Below are positions 22,687-30,131 of a stretch of 34,177 nucleotides of DNA, one piece after another. This stretch comes from Chromatiales bacterium (GTDB lineage: Bacteria; Pseudomonadota; Gammaproteobacteria; Chromatiales; Chromatiaceae). The translations under genes and the position numbers were made by a program. The notes beneath the pieces were generated by a model that was not told the DNA's origin, ran no database searches, and saw only the letters and a program-made list of their open reading frames with translations. Every line of letters starts with the position of its first letter. The first letter of the stretch is position 1. Where the stretch lies: positions 1 through 34,177 of the forward strand of contig JASFJY010000001.1 of assembly GCA_050119415.1 (NCBI GenBank), read 5' to 3'.

Positions 22687-22949
22687 GGGCTTGTTAACAC
22701 TTAAGCAAGTGGTTCTGCCGGGACTCTTTTTTCGCCCGGCAAAGCAGAATGAGCGGACTGTAGTCACTCTACGTGAGCAAATGATAACGCCGCTGGACGG
22801 AAATTGTGTGTAGTGTCCCAGCAGGCGTGGCGCTAAGCCGCCATCCGCGTTGTTGCATCCATTTGGAATCACCAAACTTCTCTCCTCGCGCCTTGATTGG
22901 CGACTTTTTCAGGGGCAACAGAGCCTATTGGTTGTGTGTTAACAGGCCC
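22687..22949. mobile_element. putative non-autonomous MITE (263 bp)
   Basis: 14-bp terminal inverted repeats GGGCTTGTTAACAC (22687-22700) and GTGTTAACAGGCCC (22936-22949), 13/14 match. No credible ORF inside; fills almost the whole carB-greA spacer. Confidence 0.7.
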
Positions 22950-22954
22950 TAATA

Positions 22955-25900
22955 TCAATCGTGCAGATCCTGCAGGCGATTCACACTCAGTTTATCCAGC
23001 TGCTTGAGGGCCAGGCAGGTGGCCTCGGCGCCGGAGATGGTGGTGGTGTAGCTCACCTTGTGCTGCAAGGCGGTACGACGGATTTCGGCGGAGTCGGCAA
23101 TCGCCTTGGCCCCCTCCGTGGTGTTGATAATGAAGTTGACCTCGTTGTTCTTGATCGAATCAACGATATGGGGGCGCCCCTCCATCACCTTGTTGACCCG
23201 CTCGCACGCCAATCCTGCATCGTTCATCGCCTTGCAGGTGCCACCGGTGGCGCTGAGGGTGAAGCCGAGGCCGATCAGATCCTGGGCCACCTGTACCGCC
23301 CTCGCCTTATCGGCGTTGCGCACGCTGAACAAGGCGCGTCCGCCTTGGGGCAAATGGTAACCGGCGCCTATGATCGACTTGTTGTAGGCCTCGCCGAAGG
23401 TGCGGCCCACGCCCATCACCTCGCCGGTCGACTTCATCTCCGGCCCGAGCACCGTATCGACGCCCGGGAATTTGACGAAGGGGAAGACCGCCTCCTTGAC
23501 GAAATAGTTATCAGGAATCACCTCTTTTGTCACGGCCTGCTCCTTCAGGCTGGTGCCGGCCATGCAGCGGGCCGCCACCTTGGCCAGCTGCACACCGGTG
23601 GCCTTGGAGACGAAGGGCACGGTGCGGGAGGCGCGCGGATTGACCTCCAACAGATAGATTTGGTTATCCTTGATGGCGAACTGGGTGTTCATCAGCCCCA
23701 CCACCTTCAGCTCCAGAGCCAGCTTGCGGATCTGCTCGCGCATGCGATCCTGAAGCGCCGCCGACAGGGTGTAGGGGGGCAGCGAACAGGCGGAGTCGCC
23801 GGAATGGACGCCAGCCTGCTCGATATGTTCCATGATACCGCCGATAAGTACATCCTCACCGTCGCAGATGGCGTCTACATCCACCTCTATGGCATCGTCG
23901 AGGAAGCGGTCGAGCAGCACCGGTGAGTCATTGGAAACACTCACCGCCTCACGCATGTAGCGGCGCAGGTCGGACTCGTTGTAGACGATCTCCATGGCGC
24001 GGCCGCCGAGCACGTAGGAGGGACGCACCACCAGCGGGTAGCCGATCTCTTCGGCCAGCACCACTGCCTGCTCCTCTTCGGTGGCGGTGCGATTGGGCGG
24101 TTGCTTGAGTCCCAGCTTCTCCACCAGTTTTTGAAAGCGTTCCCGGTCCTCCGCCAGATCGATGGAATCGGGGCTGGTGCCAATGATGGGGGCGCCGGCC
24201 GCCTCCAGGTCATTGGCCAGCTTCAACGGCGTCTGGCCACCGTACTGGACGATGACGCCGTAAGGCTGCTCCTTGTGGATGATCTCCAGTACATCCTCCA
24301 GGGTCAGGGGCTCGAAGTAGAGCCGATCGGAGGTGTCGTAGTCGGTAGAGACCGTCTCCGGGTTACAGTTGACCATGATGGTCTCGTAGCCATCCTCACG
24401 CATGGCGAAGGCGGCGTGCACGCAACAGTAGTCGAACTCGATACCCTGGCCGATGCGGTTGGGGCCGCCCCCCAGAACCATGATTTTTTTCTTGCCGGTG
24501 GGCTGCGCCTCGCACTCCTCGTCATAGCTGGAGTACATGTAGGCGGTGCTGGTAGCAAACTCAGCGGCGCAGGTGTCGACCCGCTTGTAGACAGGGCGAA
24601 TACCGGCATCGTGGCGCATACGACGGATCTCTCCTTCCTTACTCTCCACCAGGGAGGCGATGCGACGGTCGGAGAAACCCTTGCGTTTGAGAAAGCGCAG
24701 GCGCTCCGGAGTAAGGCCCTCCAGCCCCTGACCGGCCATCTCCCGCTCCAGGTTGACCAACTCCTCGATCTGTACCAGGAACCAGGGATCGATGGCACAG
24801 ATCTCATGCACCTCGTCCAGGGTCATACCGAAGCGGAAACACTCGGCCACATACCAGAGGCGCTCCGGTCCGGGCAGCCGGATCTCCCGTACCAGAGTAT
24901 CGCGCACATCGGCTTCGTTCAGGTCGACGATCTCATTGAGACCGTCCTTACCGGTCTCCAGCCCGCGCAGGGCCTTCTGCAGCGATTCCTGGAATGTGCG
25001 GCCGATGGCCATCACCTCACCCACAGACTTCATCTGGGTGGTCAGGCGGTCGTCGGCCTGGGGAAACTTCTCGAAGGCGAATCGGGGCACCTTGGTGACC
25101 ACATAGTCGATACTGGGCTCGAATGAGGCCGGAGTGGCGCCGCCGGTGATCTCGTTCTGCAGCTCATCGAGGGTGTAGCCCACCGCCAGCTTGGCCGCCA
25201 CTTTGGCGATGGGGAAGCCGGTGGCCTTGGAGGCCAGTGCCGAGGATCGGGAGACACGGGGATTCATCTCAATGATGATCATGCGCCCGTTCTCGGGATT
25301 GATGGCAAACTGCACGTTGGAGCCGCCGGTCTCTACACCGATCTCGCGCAACACCGCCAACGAGGCGTTGCGCATGATCTGGTACTCCTTGTCGGTCAGG
25401 GTCTGGGCCGGCGCCACGGTGATGGAGTCGCCGGTATGCACCCCCATGGGGTCGAAGTTTTCGATGGAACAGATGATGATGCAGTTGTCGTTTCGATCGC
25501 GCACCACCTCCATCTCATACTCTTTCCAGCCCAGGATCGACTCCTCGATCAACAGTTCGTTGGTAGGCGAGAGGTCGAGGCCTCGCTCGCATATTTCGGT
25601 AAACTCCTCCGGGTTGTAGGCGATTCCGCCTCCGCTGCCGCCCATGGTGAAGGAGGGGCGGATGATGGTCGGATAGCCTATCTGAACCTGTACCTGCAGT
25701 GCCTCTTCCATACTGTGGGCGATGGCCGAACGGGGCATGTCGAGGCCGATCTTGCGCATCGCCTGACGGAACAGGTCCCGGTCTTCGGCCTTGTCGATGG
25801 CCTCGCGGGTGGCGCCGATCATCTCAACACCGTACTTTGCCAGCACCCCTTCGCGTACCAGATCGAGGGCCGTGTTAAGTGCGGTCTGACCCCCCATGGT

Positions 25901-26164
25901 GGGCAGCAGGGCATCGGGGCGCTCCTTCTCGATAATCCGTTCCAGGGTCTGCCAGGTGATCGGCTCGATGTAGATCGCATCCGCCATGTCCGGGTCGGTC
26001 ATGATAGTGGCCGGATTGGAGTTGACCAGAATAACCCGGAACCCCTCCTCCCGCAGCGCCTTACACGCCTGCGCGCCGGAGTAGTCGAACTCGCACGCCT
26101 GCCCGATGACGATCGGACCGGCGCCTATGATCATGATGCTTTGTATGTCTGTACGTTTAGGCAT
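22955..26164 (-). CDS. carB: carbamoyl-phosphate synthase large subunit
   Basis: MPKRTDI start, [10 protein letters not shown], two ATP-grasp domains ([10 protein letters not shown] and EVNPRASRT) and a C-terminal MGS-like domain. Confidence 0.99.
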   Translation of the reverse strand: MPKRTDIQSIMIIGAGPIVIGQACEFDYSGAQACKALREEGFRVILVNSNPATIMTDPDMADAIYIEPITWQTLERIIEKERPDALLPTMGGQTALNTALDLVREGVLAKYGVEMIGATREAIDKAEDRDLFRQAMRKIGLDMPRSAIAHSMEEALQVQVQIGYPTIIRPSFTMGGSGGGIAYNPEEFTEICERGLDLSPTNELLIEESILGWKEYEMEVVRDRNDNCIIICSIENFDPMGVHTGDSITVAPAQTLTDKEYQIMRNASLAVLREIGVETGGSNVQFAINPENGRMIIIEMNPRVSRSSALASKATGFPIAKVAAKLAVGYTLDELQNEITGGATPASFEPSIDYVVTKVPRFAFEKFPQADDRLTTQMKSVGEVMAIGRTFQESLQKALRGLETGKDGLNEIVDLNEADVRDTLVREIRLPGPERLWYVAECFRFGMTLDEVHEICAIDPWFLVQIEELVNLEREMAGQGLEGLTPERLRFLKRKGFSDRRIASLVESKEGEIRRMRHDAGIRPVYKRVDTCAAEFATSTAYMYSSYDEECEAQPTGKKKIMVLGGGPNRIGQGIEFDYCCVHAAFAMREDGYETIMVNCNPETVSTDYDTSDRLYFEPLTLEDVLEIIHKEQPYGVIVQYGGQTPLKLANDLEAAGAPIIGTSPDSIDLAEDRERFQKLVEKLGLKQPPNRTATEEEQAVVLAEEIGYPLVVRPSYVLGGRAMEIVYNESDLRRYMREAVSVSNDSPVLLDRFLDDAIEVDVDAICDGEDVLIGGIMEHIEQAGVHSGDSACSLPPYTLSAALQDRMREQIRKLALELKVVGLMNTQFAIKDNQIYLLEVNPRASRTVPFVSKATGVQLAKVAARCMAGTSLKEQAVTKEVIPDNYFVKEAVFPFVKFPGVDTVLGPEMKSTGEVMGVGRTFGEAYNKSIIGAGYHLPQGGRALFSVRNADKARAVQVAQDLIGLGFTLSATGGTCKAMNDAGLACERVNKVMEGRPHIVDSIKNNEVNFIINTTEGAKAIADSAEIRRTALQHKVSYTTTISGAEATCLALKQLDKLSVNRLQDLHD

Positions 26165-26185
26165 TTAACAACCGTTGAAAATACA

Positions 26186-26240
26186 AAACCGCAAAGGGAC
26201 GCTAATCACCGCGGCGGTGATTAGCGTCTATTCGCGGTTT
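26186..26240. repeat. long inverted repeat overlapping the carA stop
   Basis: Perfect 15-bp IR GACGCTAATCACCGC/GCGGTGATTAGCGTC (26198-26228), extended by AAACCGC/GCGGTTT. Confidence 0.9.
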
Positions 26241-27382
26241 GAATCTTTTCCTTTCATCAAATCGATAAAGTGATCGAAAACCGGCGCCACATCGTGGGGG
26301 CCGGGGCTGGCTTCCGGGTGGCCCTGAAAACTGAAGGCCGGCTTGTCGGTGCGGTGGATACCCTGCAGGGTGCCGTCGAAGAGCGAGCGGTGGGTGGCTC
26401 TGAGCTTCTCGGGCAGCGTCTCTTCGTCGACCGCGAAACCGTGGTTCTGGCTGCTGATCATCACCGTGCCCCGCCCCAGATCCTGCACTGGGTGGTTGGC
26501 ACCGTGATGGCCGAATTTCATCTTCACCGTCCGCGCGCCGGAGGCCAGCGCCAACAGCTGATGACCGAGGCAAATGCCGAATACGGGCAGACCGCTATCG
26601 ACAATCCTGGTAATCGAATCGATGGCGTAGTCGCAGGGCTCGGGATCGCCCGGTCCGTTGGAGAGGAAGACCCCGTCGGGTTGCAGCGCCAGCACCTCGT
26701 CGGCCGGCATCTGCGCCGGCACTACGGTCACCCGGCAGCCCCGGTCGACCAACATGCGCAGGATATTGCGCTTGATGCCATAGTCGTAAGCCACCACATG
26801 ACGGGGTAGCTTCTGCTCGACCGGATAGGATGCCTCGGGCAGACCCTCTTCCAGCGACCAGGTGCCCTGGGCCCATTCATAAGGGGTCCGGGTGGTGACC
26901 TCTTTGGCCAGGTCCATTCCCTTGAGTCCCGGGAAACCCTTGGCCAGTTCCAGCGCCTTGGCCTCATCGATCTCGTCGCCCGCCATAATGCAGCCGCTCT
27001 GGGCGCCCTTCTCCCGCAGGATACGCGTCAGGCGGCGGGTGTCTATATCGGCGATGGCGACGACGTTATGACGTTGCAGATAGGTCTCGAGGGACTCTTG
27101 CGATCGCCAGTTGCTGGTGATGAGCGGCAGATCCTTGATCACCAAACCGGCAGCCTGAATCCGTTCCGACTCCTCGTCCTCAGTGTTGATGCCGGTATTG
27201 CCAATATGGGGATAGGTAAGGGTGACGATCTGCCGACAGTAGGAGGGGTCGGTCAAAATCTCCTGATAACCGGTCATTGCGGTGTTGAAGACCACCTCAC
27301 CGATGGTACTTCCCGTCGCACCGATGGCCTCCCCCCTGAACTGGCTGCCATCTTCCAGGACCAGAACTGCTGGTTTTCTCAA
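26228..27382 (-). CDS. carA: carbamoyl-phosphate synthase small subunit
   Basis: [28 protein letters not shown] and [13 protein letters not shown] motifs; TTG start after GGAGAG. Confidence 0.99.
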   Translation of the reverse strand: MRKPAVLVLEDGSQFRGEAIGATGSTIGEVVFNTAMTGYQEILTDPSYCRQIVTLTYPHIGNTGINTEDEESERIQAAGLVIKDLPLITSNWRSQESLETYLQRHNVVAIADIDTRRLTRILREKGAQSGCIMAGDEIDEAKALELAKGFPGLKGMDLAKEVTTRTPYEWAQGTWSLEEGLPEASYPVEQKLPRHVVAYDYGIKRNILRMLVDRGCRVTVVPAQMPADEVLALQPDGVFLSNGPGDPEPCDYAIDSITRIVDSGLPVFGICLGHQLLALASGARTVKMKFGHHGANHPVQDLGRGTVMISSQNHGFAVDEETLPEKLRATHRSLFDGTLQGIHRTDKPAFSFQGHPEASPGPHDVAPVFDHFIDLMKGKDSNRE

Positions 27383-27406
27383 GAATCTCTCCGATTGCGG
27401 GCGTGC

Positions 27407-27436
27407 AAAAAAGGGCAGGCCACAAGTAGCCTGCCC
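27407..27436 (-). terminator. intrinsic terminator in the carA leader (candidate attenuator)
   Basis: Minus strand GGGCAGGCTA-CTTG-TGGCCTGCCC-TTTTTT, ending about 25 nt upstream of the carA start. Confidence 0.8.
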
Positions 27437-27503
27437 CTCGGGATGTTCATTACTCGTTGGCGCCGAATGGCGAGCCGCCCCATACCCCCATCGACAACAG
27501 GAT

Positions 27504-27532
27504 ATTTTACTGATGTAGGACGGAACTGTCCA
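27504..27532 (-). promoter_or_regulatory. sigma70 promoter of carAB
   Basis: TGGACA-17 nt-TAAAAT (5/6 and 5/6 to consensus), upstream of the leader terminator. Confidence 0.65.
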
Positions 27533-27582
27533 TCCACTCAGTCCCCGACGTTCTCAGGCGTATCGGTCTGTCTGGTCTGCGT

Positions 27583-28020
27583 CTATACCAGCTGCTGCCG
27601 GGTCCACCGCAGAATACCGCCGGCATCCATGGCGCCTGCCTGGCGGGCGATCTCACGGCCGTTGCGCATCACCATCAGGGTGGGGATGCTGCGGATGCCG
27701 AAACGGGCTCCCAGCTGCTGCTGTTCCTCGGTATTGATCTTGACCAGGCGCACTGTCGGCTCCAACTGGGCGGCCGCCTGCTCGAAGGCGGGGGCCATCA
27801 TGCGACACGGGGCGCACCAGGGTGCCCAAAAATCGATCAACAGCGGGATGTCACTCTTCTGCGCATGTTGCGCAAACCGCCGTTCGTCCAGGGCCAGTGG
27901 ACGAGCGGAAAAAAGCGCTTGATGGCATTTTCCGCACTTGGCCCCATCCCCGAGGCGGGCTTGCGGCACCCGGTTAATACCGTCACAGTGCGGACAAACA
28001 ATATGGACTGCTTCGCTCAT
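27583..28020 (-). CDS. trxC: thioredoxin 2 (Zn-finger thioredoxin)
   Basis: N-terminal CPHC...CGKC zinc site plus a thioredoxin domain DFWAPWCAPCR. Alternative start at 28029. Confidence 0.94.
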   Translation of the reverse strand: MSEAVHIVCPHCDGINRVPQARLGDGAKCGKCHQALFSARPLALDERRFAQHAQKSDIPLLIDFWAPWCAPCRMMAPAFEQAAAQLEPTVRLVKINTEEQQQLGARFGIRSIPTLMVMRNGREIARQAGAMDAGGILRWTRQQLV

Positions 28021-28050
28021 GCTAATCATCCGTCAAATTCAATACACTTC

Positions 28051-28079
28051 AGATGGGGAAGCATCAGAACGATTTCAAG
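28051..28079 (-). promoter_or_regulatory. sigma32 (RpoH) promoter of trxC
   Basis: CTTGAA-15 nt-CCCCATCT matches the RpoH consensus CTTGAA-N13-15-CCCCATNT. Confidence 0.75.
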
Positions 28080-28242
28080 GCTGTCCTAGTGTGGTGTTGC
28101 GGCTGTTGCCAAGGCAATCACCCTTGCCGACGAGTCACGCCTTGATCAAGGGCAGACTTGAAATCCTGAACACGACATATTCGGTCGCCGGGTTAATTGT
28201 ATAATGACGAGCTTTTCAGAATCCCGAAAAGGAGCCTCAGTT

Positions 28243-29106
28243 ATGGCCGACTCATCCTTCATCTACGATGTCACAGTGGAGAACTTCCAGCAGGTGGTGC
28301 TGCAGACCTCCATGAGCCGACCGGTGCTGGTCGACTTCTGGGCCGAGTGGTGCAATCCCTGCAAGGCGTTGATGCCGACCCTGGCCAAGCTGGCCGACGA
28401 GTATCAGGGCAAATTCATCCTGGCCAAGGTCAACACCGAGGAGCAGCAGCAGCTGGCCGCCCATTTCGGCATCCGCAGCATCCCCTGCGTGAAACTCTTT
28501 TTAAAGGGTGAGATGGCGGATGAGTTCATGGGCGCCCTGCCGGAGGCCGAGGTACGCAGCTTTATCGATAAATATATTCCGCGGCAGTCGGACGCCATCC
28601 TGGCCGAAGCGGAGCAGCGCTTGCTTCAGGGAGACGCGGACGGCGCCGGCGCCCTGATCCAGCAGGCGGCGCAGATGGACCCGGCCAGCCCCCGGGTCAT
28701 GCTGAGCAACGCCCGTTACCTGGCCACCGTCGGCCGCCTGGAGGAGGCGGAACAACAGATCAACGCCCTGCCGGACGAGGAGAAGAACAATCCAGAAGTC
28801 GCCGCCATGCTGGCGCGTATGCAGTTTGACCGCTCGTCGGCAGGCACACCGCCCCTTGAAGCGCTCGAGCAACGTCTGCAGGCCAATCCGGCCGACAGCG
28901 AGGCCCTGCACCAGCTAGCCTCCCATAAGATCATGCAGAACGATTTGGAAGGTGCCCTGGAACTGCTGTTGACCCTGATGCAGAAAGACCGGGACTATGG
29001 CGACGATGTGGCGCGTAAGGACATGCTGAGGATTTTCGATATGCTGGGCGGCCAGGGTGACCTGGTAAAGCGCTATCGCAACCGGATGTTCAACATCCTG
29101 CACTGA
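28243..29106 (+). CDS. cnoX: thioredoxin-TPR chaperedoxin CnoX (YbbN)
   Basis: PVLVDFWAEWCNPCK thioredoxin domain, TPR-like helical region and C-terminal RYRNRMFNILH. Start MADSS follows AGGAG. Confidence 0.92.
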   Translation: MADSSFIYDVTVENFQQVVLQTSMSRPVLVDFWAEWCNPCKALMPTLAKLADEYQGKFILAKVNTEEQQQLAAHFGIRSIPCVKLFLKGEMADEFMGALPEAEVRSFIDKYIPRQSDAILAEAEQRLLQGDADGAGALIQQAAQMDPASPRVMLSNARYLATVGRLEEAEQQINALPDEEKNNPEVAAMLARMQFDRSSAGTPPLEALEQRLQANPADSEALHQLASHKIMQNDLEGALELLLTLMQKDRDYGDDVARKDMLRIFDMLGGQGDLVKRYRNRMFNILH

Positions 29107-29125
29107 TTCCTCCCGTTGCCCACCG

Positions 29126-29155
29126 AAAAAAAACCCTCCGCATGGGGCGGAGGGT
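29126..29155 (-). terminator. intrinsic terminator for a minus-strand transcript
   Basis: ACCCTCCGC-5 nt-GCGGAGGGT stem with A8 on the plus-strand left side, which is a U8 tail on the minus strand. Confidence 0.85.
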
Positions 29156-29272
29156 ATAAAAAATGGAGGAATTAGCTTTACAACGATGGCTTGCTTCATG
29201 ACCCTAAGCTTGCCAAACACTGACTTGGCTTCGACATCTTCTGTCGAAACGCCAGGGATCATTCGCCAACGG
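29126..29272 (-). ncRNA. candidate sRNA of about 145 nt (or structured 3' UTR of crp)
   Basis: Candidate -10 box TAACAT (29278-29283), nested hairpins, single-stranded AUUCCUCCAU anti-SD motif, then a U8 terminator. No family recognised. Confidence 0.45.
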
Positions 29273-29304
29273 GCTTTATGTTAAGGGGTGGAAATAGGGA
29301 CGTC

Positions 29305-29319
29305 TGTGAAATATTCACA
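29305..29319. promoter_or_regulatory. Crp-like palindrome TGTGA-N5-TCACA
   Basis: TGTGAAATATTCACA has perfect CRP half-sites, but the spacer is 5 nt rather than the canonical 6. Confidence 0.45.
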
Positions 29320-29376
29320 CCTGGAGTGTGACCGGATCGATTGCCTGGCGTTGTTGCCGTGAGTGAATCCTATTCA

Positions 29377-30021
29377 CTAATAACGCTTGGGCAACGCCTT
29401 GTGGATGATGGTCTGTTTCTGACCGGTAGTCAAATAACCGCCTTTGACCAAATCCTTGAAAATGCGACATACCATCTCACGGGATGCGCCGATACGGTTG
29501 GCCAGCTCCTGCTGGGTGAAGGGCTCTTCGATCACCCATTCGTCGCCACGTTTAACCGCCATACTCAGTAGCGCCTTGCTCAGCCGCCCGTAGACATCAG
29601 ACAAGGCTAGGCTCTTGACCTCCTCGGTCAGGGCCCTGATACGATGCACCAGATCCTTCAACAAATGGATGGCGATATCGGGATTTTCCTTCATGATCTG
29701 GTGAAAGGCCTGCTTGGTGATCGCGGCCAGGGTGCTCTTTTCCACCGTCATGATCGAAGCCGAACGGGTCGAGTCGTCGATGAGCGAGAGTTCGCCGAAG
29801 TATTCACCCGCCTCCTGATAGTTGATGATGGCCTCTTTGCCGTTTTCATCATTGAGAAAGACCTTCACCTTGCCGCTGAGTATCAGGTAGAGCGAGTCGC
29901 TGCTGTCCCCTTCGGAAAGAACGATGGTGTTTTTCGGAAAACTCCGTTTAACCACGCGCTGTTCAATCAGCGCGCGATCGGCGGGAGCCATACCAGCGAA
30001 TATGGATATGTTCTCAATCAT
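29377..30021 (-). CDS. Crp/Fnr family transcriptional regulator (cNMP-binding, CRP-like)
   Basis: cNMP cassette GEYFGELSL...TRSAS, hinge LALSDVYGRL and HTH TQQELANRIGASREMVCR; no Fnr Cys cluster. Start MIENI (214 aa) preferred over 30108. Confidence 0.93.
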   Translation of the reverse strand: MIENISIFAGMAPADRALIEQRVVKRSFPKNTIVLSEGDSSDSLYLILSGKVKVFLNDENGKEAIINYQEAGEYFGELSLIDDSTRSASIMTVEKSTLAAITKQAFHQIMKENPDIAIHLLKDLVHRIRALTEEVKSLALSDVYGRLSKALLSMAVKRGDEWVIEEPFTQQELANRIGASREMVCRIFKDLVKGGYLTTGQKQTIIHKALPKRY

Positions 30022-30131
30022 ATATTGATTATATACACTCGCTGAAATGTGTCCCATTATATTGACCGCCGACATGCGGCAGTCGGTCACCCGCAGCGGG
30101 AACGCCAAGGGATCTGCGCCGAAACGAGAGG

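Noticed and set aside
22669-22875. 68-aa ORF upstream of greA as a leader peptide
   Set aside because: It lies almost wholly inside the putative MITE and shows no coding features.
15959-27922. Long plus-strand ORFs opposite tpiA, glmM, ftsH, carB, carA and trxC
   Set aside because: Same shadow-ORF effect; they overlap well-supported genes almost entirely.
28140-28151. CCTTGATCAAGG palindrome as an FNR box
   Set aside because: FNR needs TTGAT-N4-ATCAA; here the half-sites overlap with no spacer.
28915-29262. 115-aa minus-strand ORF over the candidate sRNA
   Set aside because: It reads through the terminator into antisense cnoX, has no SD and does not look protein-like.
29186-29284. 32-aa plus-strand ORF (MACFMTLSLP...) after GGAGGA
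   Set aside because: The SD-to-ATG distance is 15 nt and there is no promoter or homology evidence; the GGAGG is better explained as the complement of an anti-SD motif.
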